This document shows positions 49,355 through 57,667 of a stretch of DNA of 64,000 bases, piece by piece. The translations under genes were made by a program, and so were the position numbers. Below the pieces are notes generated by a model that saw nothing but the letters and a program-made list of their open reading frames with translations, had not been told where the DNA came from and searched no databases. Source of the DNA: Candidatus Bilamarchaeaceae archaeon (GTDB taxonomy: Archaea; Micrarchaeota; Micrarchaeia; Anstonellales; Bilamarchaeaceae); NCBI GenBank assembly GCA_038851325.1, contig JAWCKZ010000001.1, forward strand, positions 64,001-128,000. The letters run 5' to 3'. How positions within the stretch are numbered: the stretch's first letter is position 1; every line of letters begins with the position of its first letter.

Positions 49355-50308
49355 CTACTCCATCTCAATTGTTCCCGGCGGTTTATTGGTTATATCATAA
49401 AAAACCCTACCAACGCTTCGTATCTCGTTGGTTATTCGCGTTGATATCTTCTCGAGAAGCTCAGGAGGAAGATGAGAAAAGTTTGCTGTCATTCCATCAA
49501 GGCTTTTGACCGCGCGTATGACAACTGCATACTGATATGCGCGCTCATCTCCGCGCACGCCAACAATTTTAACTGGGAGGAGTGCACCGAAGTATTGCCA
49601 TGGTCTCTCTATCTTTTTTTCTTTCCATGCATTATCTATCTCTTCCTCTACTATCGCGCAAACATTTCGAACAATCTCAATCTTCTCTGGTGTTACCTCT
49701 CCTACAACACGTATGGCAAGTGCAGGACCTGGAAATGGTTGCCGCTCGCTTATGGCTTCAGGAAGCCCAAGCGCACGTGCCACTGCACGCACTTCGTGCT
49801 TATACAGTTCGCGCAACGGCTCACATAGTTTTAAGTGCATCCTTTCAGGTAGTCCACCGACATTGTGATGACTTTTTATTGTGTCTCTACCAAGACCGCC
49901 ACTCTCTATCCAATCCGGTGCGATGGTTCCTTGTATAAGAAATGTCGCCCCGTACTTTTTTGCCTCTTCCTCAAAAATGCGCACGAATAATTCGCCAATG
50001 GTTTTTCTTTTCTTTTCCGGGTCTGTGACGCCCTCAAGTGCCTTAAAAAATCTCTCCTTCGCGTCTATCACCGTAAGCGAGATGCCGGCCTTCTTGGCTG
50101 CAGCCCGTACTTGCTCGCTCTCTCCTTTTCGCATAAGTCCGGTATCAACATAGTAAACAAGAAGCTGATTTGGCACGGCCTTGCTTGCGATGGCTGCCGC
50201 AACAAAGGAGTCCACGCCGCCAGAAACCGCAGTTATTGCCCGCTCCTTGCCTATTACCTTCTTTATTTCGTTAACGGCTTCTTCTATAAATTTCTCGGGG
50301 TTAAGCAT
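49355..50308 (-). CDS. guaAB: GMP synthase subunit B (ATP pyrophosphatase)
   Basis: SGGVDS, DPEKKRK, IKSHHNVGGLP, PFPGP, KPPGTIE; start may be 50308 or 50338. Confidence 0.95.
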   Translation of the reverse strand: MLNPEKFIEEAVNEIKKVIGKERAITAVSGGVDSFVAAAIASKAVPNQLLVYYVDTGLMRKGESEQVRAAAKKAGISLTVIDAKERFFKALEGVTDPEKKRKTIGELFVRIFEEEAKKYGATFLIQGTIAPDWIESGGLGRDTIKSHHNVGGLPERMHLKLCEPLRELYKHEVRAVARALGLPEAISERQPFPGPALAIRVVGEVTPEKIEIVRNVCAIVEEEIDNAWKEKKIERPWQYFGALLPVKIVGVRGDERAYQYAVVIRAVKSLDGMTANFSHLPPELLEKISTRITNEIRSVGRVFYDITNKPPGTIEME

Positions 50309-50339
50309 AAGACCACGTCTTTCTAAATTTTCTATCATT

Positions 50340-50375
50340 TCAAGGAATACAAAAGCATCAAGGAATACAAAAGCA
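50340..50375. repeat. 18-bp perfect tandem duplication in divergent promoter region
   Basis: TCAAGGAATACAAAAGCA x2. Confidence 0.8.
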
Positions 50376-50428
50376 AAAAGTATTTATAAATATATAAACA
50401 CAAGAGTAAATGTTGAGGAGGTGCGCTC

Positions 50429-51211
50429 GTGTACACAAATAGGGCAATCACAATAGCTGCTCTTTTAGGCGGATTTATTGCACTGGTGCTCTCGCTGGTA
50501 TTCGGCAATCCGATTCTGGCGGTCATCTCTGCAATTTTCTTTTCAGCCAGTATCGCATTATGGAAGTATGGTTATCTTATCGTTCCCCTTTTCACACAAG
50601 CAACAAACATCGTGGAAGTCAGGGATGAATTCGAGATACCACCGTCGCGAGATTACATAATAAAGAAAACACCTGATGGATACTACGCAACCAAATTTCT
50701 TGAGGTGCGTTTCTATGAAAGTTCCATGGACAAAATGGAAAGTGAAAAGAGACTTCTCTTTGAGTCCTTTGAAAAGGCGATAAGCTCTCTAAAATATGTG
50801 GTCAAGATATCGACCCTTATATCCGCAATAGACCTCTCGAAGCACATAGATGAGATAAAAACAAGAAGAAGTGCAGTTGAGACAAAAAGAGCTGCTGAGG
50901 AGCGTCTCAACCCAGCAGAGGTAATGAGATACGACCGCGAAATAGCGATGCTCACGCGCCTGCTTGATCGTTTTGGCAAAGGTGAACGACCTATAGAGGT
51001 TATTGCATTTGCTTCCACAACTGCTTTTGGACTTACGAGGGATGAAGCGGTGAGCAAGGCAAATAGGCAAGGAAAGGAATTAAAGACAATCCTATCGAGC
51101 TCCCTTGGGTGCGATGTCAGAGAGCTGAAGGACCTTGAGATGTTAAAATGCTTCGAATGGGAACTCTTCTATCCTCCAGACGAGGAATCGCTAAGGGATG
51201 AGGTGTTCTGA
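50429..51211 (+). CDS. Membrane-anchored protein (2 N-terminal TM) preceding VirB4-like ATPase
   Basis: GAGGAGGTG RBS; abuts the ATPase gene. Confidence 0.75.
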   Translation: MYTNRAITIAALLGGFIALVLSLVFGNPILAVISAIFFSASIALWKYGYLIVPLFTQATNIVEVRDEFEIPPSRDYIIKKTPDGYYATKFLEVRFYESSMDKMESEKRLLFESFEKAISSLKYVVKISTLISAIDLSKHIDEIKTRRSAVETKRAAEERLNPAEVMRYDREIAMLTRLLDRFGKGERPIEVIAFASTTAFGLTRDEAVSKANRQGKELKTILSSSLGCDVRELKDLEMLKCFEWELFYPPDEESLRDEVF

Positions 51212-52645
51212 TTGAAGCTTACTTATACCTTATCAAAAGAACTTGCGAGGCGTCTGCCGTTAACACATCCCCCAGAACCAAGAAAGACTCTTCTACTCTC
51301 AAAGCCGTTCGATGGCGTCTATATAGGGAAAACGCGATTTCTTCACGTCCCGGTTTTTTGGAACCCAGATAAGCTCATAAACCCACACATAGGAGTAATA
51401 GGGATAACGGGTTCCGGAAAGAGTTATACTGTTAAAACATTTCTGACCCGCGCTTCTCTTATTTGGAATACAAACGCGCTAATACTAGACTGGGTCGGCG
51501 AATATGATAAATGGGTTAGACAAGCAGGGGGGCGCGTGATAAATCTTGCAGCGGAAAAGCTAAACATTCTTGATCTTGTAGGTCTTCCAAAGCACAGCCG
51601 GATAAAGCAAATAATGTCGGCATTTGACATCCTTGCTGATTTGAAGAGCTTCCCAAATGAACGGGATGAGATTGAGGATGCGCTGGAGCATGTTTACGAA
51701 TCCGTCAACAAACCGGTTCTCCTCGATGTCATAAAATACCTTGAAAAAAAGGAAAAGTATAAGGCAGCGAGGTTGCTTAAACGATTCGCTGCTGAAGGAA
51801 GCGATTTCTTCGCTGGTAAAACAACCCTTGATATTAAATCGCTTACATCATCGGGACTTGTCTGTATAGATCTACATGAACTTCCAACCGAAGAGATAAG
51901 AAGTCTTGCTGGGCTCACAATTCTTCAGTATGTAAAGGAACTCATGCGCGCTGAAGGCATGAAAATAGATAAAAAGGTGCGACTTTTTGTTGTTCTCGAT
52001 GAAGCTTGGAAGATAGCGCAGGATGAACGAAGCGATGTGATAGCCATTGTCCGCGAAGGCCGAAAATATAATTTTTCATTGATAATAGCCACACAGAATC
52101 CAACGGATATGCATAAGACGATATTTAGCAATATGGGAAGCATGTTTATTTTAAGGCTCATACTCAAAGAGTATCGCGATTTCGTGCGTGAGTCAGTAGG
52201 ATATCCATCCTTTATAGATCATGAGATATCCAGATTCGGCGTTGGGGATGCTGCGGTTAACATGATATTTGCTGAGAGACAGGAGCGGGCTATGACCTTT
52301 CTTCTGGAAAAGATAGACGGCGAGGATCCGCTTTTTATTTATAAGATTAGGGGTGGAAAGATGGAAATCGAAATTGAGAGAGAGCAATTCGTTAAAATGC
52401 TTTATGAATTGGGATTAACAGAAGGTCAGTTGGAACTCATAAAAAAAGAATTCGAAAAAAGAGATGGATTAATGGAAGGAGAACATCTTGTTGAAATGCT
52501 GGAACGATTTGGGTATTCGAAATCTTCCATAATCGCATTCCTTCGCCAGCTTGGCTTTGAAGAGAAAAACCTGGTAAGAATATTTTCATTGGTAAAAATG
52601 CGAAAGGCTGCAAAAGGCGTTGTAAATGTTGTATTAGAAGAATGA
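51212..52645 (+). CDS. VirB4/HerA-FtsK-like ATPase
   Basis: NPHIGVIGITGSGKS, LDWVGEY, VVLDEAW, REGRKY, ATQ, GDA. Confidence 0.88.
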   Translation: MKLTYTLSKELARRLPLTHPPEPRKTLLLSKPFDGVYIGKTRFLHVPVFWNPDKLINPHIGVIGITGSGKSYTVKTFLTRASLIWNTNALILDWVGEYDKWVRQAGGRVINLAAEKLNILDLVGLPKHSRIKQIMSAFDILADLKSFPNERDEIEDALEHVYESVNKPVLLDVIKYLEKKEKYKAARLLKRFAAEGSDFFAGKTTLDIKSLTSSGLVCIDLHELPTEEIRSLAGLTILQYVKELMRAEGMKIDKKVRLFVVLDEAWKIAQDERSDVIAIVREGRKYNFSLIIATQNPTDMHKTIFSNMGSMFILRLILKEYRDFVRESVGYPSFIDHEISRFGVGDAAVNMIFAERQERAMTFLLEKIDGEDPLFIYKIRGGKMEIEIEREQFVKMLYELGLTEGQLELIKKEFEKRDGLMEGEHLVEMLERFGYSKSSIIAFLRQLGFEEKNLVRIFSLVKMRKAAKGVVNVVLEE

Positions 52646-52648
52646 TGG

Positions 52649-53359
52649 GTGTACGGTATGACAGAAAAGATAGTCATAAAAGCAGTACAGAAAAAGAACA
52701 TGAGTCCGCTTGCGACACTTATGGGAAACCTTGGTTTCACAAAGATATCATACTTAAAGGATACGCTCACAATAGAGAGAGTCACAGGATACGACCTCAA
52801 CAGAAACCCAGAACTCGATTATCGTATAGTTTTCAGCCCACAGGAGATAGTGCTGGAATACGAGGTACCTAAGAACAAAAACAAAAAGGCAAGACTTCTA
52901 AGCGTTCTTCCGATATTTCTTAATGTTCTGCAACTAGTTGAGGACTACTATGACATAAAGCCATCAGCAATTTACTTTGAGGTTAACACCGCACTCACTG
53001 AAGCCTTAAAACTTGTTGGAAAAGATGTTGTTGACCTTTCAACAGAGCTGAGCGAGCTCCAGGCGAAATACAGGAGCCTGTCAGCAAAGTATAACGACCT
53101 TCTCCGCTCAAGCGAAGAAAACGCAAGGATTCTTCTTGAGTATGAAAGAAAAAAAGATGAATTAAACAGAAAAGTGGAAAGGCTTACGCGCTACAGTGAT
53201 GACGCTCTCAAGGAGATGGTATATGAATGGATAAAATTACATGGTGGAAAGATAAATCTTCTTGAGTTTTCAAAGATACATAGGGTTCCGATACCTCGCC
53301 TCGAGGAGATATTGAATATGCTCGTTACAGAGGGGTATATAAAAAGGAGGTTTGAATGA
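52649..53359 (+). CDS. Coiled-coil protein with C-terminal winged-helix-like segment
   Basis: Heptad region then GKINLLEFSK..EEILNMLVTEGYI. Confidence 0.75.
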   Translation: MYGMTEKIVIKAVQKKNMSPLATLMGNLGFTKISYLKDTLTIERVTGYDLNRNPELDYRIVFSPQEIVLEYEVPKNKNKKARLLSVLPIFLNVLQLVEDYYDIKPSAIYFEVNTALTEALKLVGKDVVDLSTELSELQAKYRSLSAKYNDLLRSSEENARILLEYERKKDELNRKVERLTRYSDDALKEMVYEWIKLHGGKINLLEFSKIHRVPIPRLEEILNMLVTEGYIKRRFE

Positions 53360-53498
53360 CTGCAGAAGAAATGGAATTCTCACTTGTAAAACACTACCCG
53401 CTCGAACGAAGGTATATCACACTTAAGGAGCTGAAGAAACCTTTTCTCCAGGCTCTGGCAGACCTTATTTTTAAAAGACGCAAATAAAAGGTGGATTT

Positions 53499-54791
53499 AT
53501 GAAAGTCGTGCTAGTTGGAAGCGGGGCGAGAGAGCATGCAATAGCAGAGCAACTTTCTAAAAGTGCAGAGCTTTACACAATAATGGAAAAAAAACATCCT
53601 GGTATTGCAAAGCTCTCAACAAAATTCCTTATAGCCAATCCGACTGATAGAAAGAGAATAGTTGAATGGTGCAAAGCCGAAGGAATAGAACTTGGCTTTG
53701 TGAGTCCAGATGGTCTCCTTGCGGCTGGTGTCAGTGATATTCTGGAGAGTGCTGGAGTGGCGATTGCTTCTCCGACAAAAGCAGCTGCACGAATAGAGTG
53801 GGATAAAGGATACGCCCGTAATCTAATGAGAGAAAACTCGATTCCAGGAGTACCAGAATTCACGATTGCAACATCAGATGCAGAGGTTCTCTCTTTCATT
53901 AAGGATATGGGAGAGATTGTGGTGAAACCAATCGGGCTTACAGGAGGAAAGGGTGTTCGGATAATGGGGGAGCACTTTAAGAGCGCGAATGAAGCCCTGA
54001 ACTACGCGAGCTCTCTTATTAAAAAAGATGGCTCTGTTCTCCTCGAGGAAAAACTCGATGGCGAAGAGATAACGATACAGGCATTCTGCGATGGTGCGAA
54101 AATTGCGCTTATGCCTCCTGTCCAAGACCATAAACGCGCGTTTGTTGGAGACAAAGGGCCCAACACCGGCGGAATGGGCTCTTATTCCACAGGAGCGCTT
54201 CTCCCGTTCATGCAGCAAAAAGATCTCGCAGAAGCAGACCTTATTCTTAAAAAGACAGTGGAGGCGATGGCAAAAGAGGGAAACAAATTCAAGGGCGTAC
54301 TCTACGGGCAGTTCATGATAACTAAAAAAGGGCTTAAACTCATAGAATTTAACTCACGTTTTGGCGACCCAGAAGCTATAAATGTGCTAATGCTTCTGCG
54401 TACTCAATTGGCCGATATCCTTCTTTCCGTAGCAAACGGAAATCTTATAGTGCCGATGTTCAGCACTGATTGCACAGTTGTCAAGTATCTCGTTCCAGAA
54501 GGATACCCAGAAAAGGGTAAGGCAGATGAAAAAATAGAAGTAAATGAAAAGGAAATTTGGAACTGCGGTGCAAAATTCTACTTCGGTTCTGTGTACGAGA
54601 AAGAGGATAAGATCTACACAACCACCTCACGTGCCATTGCAATCGCAGCGCATGGACGTGCTTTAAAGGATGCTGAAGAACGGGTTGAATGTGGCATCCG
54701 CTGGGTTTCTGGACCGCTGTGGCACCGTTCTGACATCGGAACCGAAGAGCTTATAAGCAAAAGAGTAGAGCACATGAAGAGACTGAGATAG
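53499..54791 (+). CDS. purD: Phosphoribosylamine--glycine ligase
   Basis: GSGAREHA, GGKGV, QDHKR, GPNTGGMGSY, EFNSRFGDPE. Confidence 0.96.
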   Translation: MKVVLVGSGAREHAIAEQLSKSAELYTIMEKKHPGIAKLSTKFLIANPTDRKRIVEWCKAEGIELGFVSPDGLLAAGVSDILESAGVAIASPTKAAARIEWDKGYARNLMRENSIPGVPEFTIATSDAEVLSFIKDMGEIVVKPIGLTGGKGVRIMGEHFKSANEALNYASSLIKKDGSVLLEEKLDGEEITIQAFCDGAKIALMPPVQDHKRAFVGDKGPNTGGMGSYSTGALLPFMQQKDLAEADLILKKTVEAMAKEGNKFKGVLYGQFMITKKGLKLIEFNSRFGDPEAINVLMLLRTQLADILLSVANGNLIVPMFSTDCTVVKYLVPEGYPEKGKADEKIEVNEKEIWNCGAKFYFGSVYEKEDKIYTTTSRAIAIAAHGRALKDAEERVECGIRWVSGPLWHRSDIGTEELISKRVEHMKRLR

Positions 54792-54808
54792 TACCGAAAG
54801 GGATTAGT

Positions 54809-56002
54809 GTGAAAAGGAACATAGTTATCGAAAGGTCCTCTTACCTACCAGCATACAAGCGCAGGGTTGAACTTGCAGAGCGGAAGGGAGTGGGACACCC
54901 GGATACCTTAATAGACGGTATTATGGAAGAGATAAGCAAAGAGCTCAGTAAAGAATACCTTAATGAATTTGGGGGAATACTTCATCATAACGTAGATAAG
55001 GGACAGATATGTGGCGGAGCAACAGAGGTAAATTTTGGCGGCGGTGTTTTTACAAAACCTATCTACATTCTTCTTGGCGGTCGTGCAACGGGCGAGGTCG
55101 GTGGAAAAAAGATACCTGTCCAGCATATTGCAGTTGAAACAGCGAAAAGATATCTAAAAAATACTATTAGGCATCTTGACGTAGAGTGTGATGTGGAATT
55201 GGAATCAAGAATCTCGTCTGGCTCTGCTGAACTCATCGATCTATTGATGAGAAAAAGCAGGACCCCACTTGCGAACGACACAAGCTTCGGAATGGGGTTC
55301 GCGCCTTTAGACGAACTGGAGAAGGTTGTACTGAACACTGAAAGGTATCTCAATTCAATTGAATACAAAAAGATTAGGCCATTTGCTGGCGAGGATATAA
55401 AGGTAATGGGTCTAAGACAAGGAAATAAGATAAAACTCACGGTTGCAATCGCCTTTGTCTCGAAATACATATTGGACATAGAAGAGTACTTAGACTGTAA
55501 GAGAAAGGTTCTTGAAGACTTAAGAAGGTTCGTGAAAAAAATAACAAAAATGGATGTTGATATTTACATAAATACGGCAGATGATATAAAGAGAAAATCG
55601 ATATATATGACACTTACTGGAACGAGCGCTGAAATGGGTGACGATGGAAGTGTTGGAAGAGGAAACCGCGCCAATGGCCTCATAACACCATTCAGGGGGA
55701 TGTCAATCGAAGCAGCTGCCGGAAAGAATCCGGTAAACCATGTCGGAAAGGTTTACTCTGTGCTTGCTACTAAGATGGCACGTGAGATAGCTGAGGAGTA
55801 TAAAAGCATAGAGGATATAACAGTAGGATTGCTCTCTCAAATAGGGAAGCCCATAGATCAACCGAAGGTTGCAAGTGTTACCTTTGTTTCAAAGGACTTC
55901 GAGAAAATAAAGAGCAAGGTACGATATTTGATCGATAAAGGTCTTGAGGAAGTAACAGAGATTACACCCCTAATAATTTCTGGTAAAATCTCGGTCTTTT
56001 AA
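54809..56002 (+). CDS. mat: S-adenosylmethionine synthetase (archaeal type)
   Basis: ERKGVGHPD, HHNVDK, ANDTS, GDDGSVGRGNR, GKNPVNHVGK. Confidence 0.96.
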   Translation: MKRNIVIERSSYLPAYKRRVELAERKGVGHPDTLIDGIMEEISKELSKEYLNEFGGILHHNVDKGQICGGATEVNFGGGVFTKPIYILLGGRATGEVGGKKIPVQHIAVETAKRYLKNTIRHLDVECDVELESRISSGSAELIDLLMRKSRTPLANDTSFGMGFAPLDELEKVVLNTERYLNSIEYKKIRPFAGEDIKVMGLRQGNKIKLTVAIAFVSKYILDIEEYLDCKRKVLEDLRRFVKKITKMDVDIYINTADDIKRKSIYMTLTGTSAEMGDDGSVGRGNRANGLITPFRGMSIEAAAGKNPVNHVGKVYSVLATKMAREIAEEYKSIEDITVGLLSQIGKPIDQPKVASVTFVSKDFEKIKSKVRYLIDKGLEEVTEITPLIISGKISVF

Positions 56003-56098
56003 ACGATTAAAAACCTTCTTTCTTATATGTTTATCTCGCAGATGTATGGATTTTTAGTTGGAGTGAACGACGATTCGTTCACTGCCTTAACTCCGTTC

Positions 56099-56480
56099 GG
56101 GCCTGTAGTCGAATGCTGGAAGGCCGGCATTGGTTAAGACGTTACCCTGACAAGGCTTTTTGTCTTCGGTGTTTCTGAGGGCAAAAACCCTGGAAAAAGC
56201 CCTGAGGTTTCTCCTCTGGGTGTGTTGGGCTTTTTGTCTTCGGTGTTTCTGAGGGCAAAAACCCTGGAAAAAGCCCTGAGGTTTCTCCTCTGGGTGTGTT
56301 GGGCTTTTTGTCTTCGGTGTTTCTGAGGGCAAAAACCCTGGAAACGGCATTTGGCTCCTAAGCAGGTGCTTATGACCTGAGGATTGTCTCAGGAGCTAAA
56401 TACCGTTTGGAAAAAGACTTGAGGAAAACTCCTGTCTTCTGTAACGGTAAAGATTCCCGGTTCGATCCCGGGCGGGCCCA
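56099..56480 (+). tRNA. tRNA-Val(GAC) with short D-loop insert (~16 nt) and ~292-nt anticodon intron (56153-56444)
   Basis: GGGCCTG..TTACC-CTGACA[..]C-GGTAA..CCCGGTTCGATCCCGGG CGGGCCCA. Confidence 0.85.
56154..56344 (+). repeat. 74-bp tandem repeat (~2.6 copies) inside tRNA-Val intron
   Basis: Units start at 56154, 56228 and 56302. Confidence 0.93.
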
Positions 56481-56578
56481 ATCCTTCATTTGTTTGCAGG
56501 AGTGGCGGTTGGTTTGACATGCGCTTGCTGTCAAAGCCCGCCACTGTCGTAATGTATTTTGCTGCAACAATTGTTTTC

Positions 56579-56697
56579 GCAGGAGTGGCGGAGTGGTCAA
56601 ACGCGGCAGACTCAAGATCTGAATGTTCCTTTCACGATTGTGTGGTGGGAAATCTGTTGGCCAAGCGCCTACACAGGTTCGAATCCTGTCTCCTGCA
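56579..56697 (+). tRNA. tRNA-Leu(CAA) with ~35-nt canonical intron
   Basis: GCAGGAG..GCAGA-CTCAAG[..]A-TCTGT, long variable arm, ACAGGTTCGAATCCTGT, CTCCTGCA. Confidence 0.92.
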
Positions 56698-56728
56698 TCT
56701 TTTTATTTTTATTCCTAGATAAGGAGAC

Positions 56729-57658
56729 ATGCACAGAAAAGTAAGGAAGATAATATACGATATCTCCTCCCTAAAAATACAGGGCGCACGAAATGTGGCA
56801 AAGACAGCCGTTCAAGCGCTTGTGCTCCAGGCTATGCACACAAGAGCGAAAAACCCTACTGCACTTTATAAAGAGATAAAGGCATTGCGGGAAATAATCA
56901 TATCAGCAAGACCTACAGAACCCATGACCCGCAACATGACAGAGGAAGCGTGCAATTTCCTTTTAAGCGAATCAAAATCCGGTAAAAGCATCGATGAGGT
57001 TATAAAAAAGTTTATAAAGCAAGGAGAAATCGCCATAAAAAAGATGGATGAAGATGTCAAACGACTCTTTCAATATGGTGCACAACTCATCCCGCAAAAC
57101 GCAGTTGTAATAACGCACTGCCATTCCTCAACCGTAACTGGAATTCTCAAAACAGCAGAAAAAATGCGTAAGGAAATACGTGTTATCGCTTGCGAAACAA
57201 GGCCAAGATACCAGGGTAGAATAACCGCAACAGAGCTTGCGGAAGCTGATATAGACGTCACCCTTGTAGTGGATGGGGCGATGAATCTTTATATGAAGAA
57301 AGCTGACATAGTCCTTGTTGGTGCGGACTCTGTTACATCGCGCGGCGACCTCATAAATAAGGTTGGAACAAGCACGCTCGCACACATCGCAAGGATGCAT
57401 GACGTCTCATTTTATTCTGCAGCAGAGCTTTTCAAATACAGCCCTATGACATTTTATGGTGTCTTGGAAAAAATAGAGGAAAGAGACCCAAATGAGATAT
57501 GGGAAAAACCACCTAAAAATGTTAAGATAAGCAATCCAGCGTTTGATGTTACGGCAGCAAAATATGTCAATGGGTATATAACAGAAGTTGGTGTAATACC
57601 GCCTCAAACCTTCTTCTCGCTTGCTACTCAAAAACTTGGTATAAAAATATATGGATAA
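56729..57658 (+). CDS. Ribose-1,5-bisphosphate isomerase (eIF2B-like)
   Basis: IQGA, RPTEP, THCHSSTV, ETRP, INKVGT, NPAFDVT; adjacent to AMP phosphorylase. Confidence 0.9.
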   Translation: MHRKVRKIIYDISSLKIQGARNVAKTAVQALVLQAMHTRAKNPTALYKEIKALREIIISARPTEPMTRNMTEEACNFLLSESKSGKSIDEVIKKFIKQGEIAIKKMDEDVKRLFQYGAQLIPQNAVVITHCHSSTVTGILKTAEKMRKEIRVIACETRPRYQGRITATELAEADIDVTLVVDGAMNLYMKKADIVLVGADSVTSRGDLINKVGTSTLAHIARMHDVSFYSAAELFKYSPMTFYGVLEKIEERDPNEIWEKPPKNVKISNPAFDVTAAKYVNGYITEVGVIPPQTFFSLATQKLGIKIYG

Positions 57659-57667
57659 GGTGAGCGT

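Noticed and set aside
53356..53487. 43-aa ORF between the VirB4 operon and purD
   Set aside because: Plausible translational coupling, but too short and motif-free to support a call
56154..56344. Tandem repeats as a CRISPR array
   Set aside because: Units are wholly identical with no unique spacers, no cas genes are present, and they lie inside a tRNA intron
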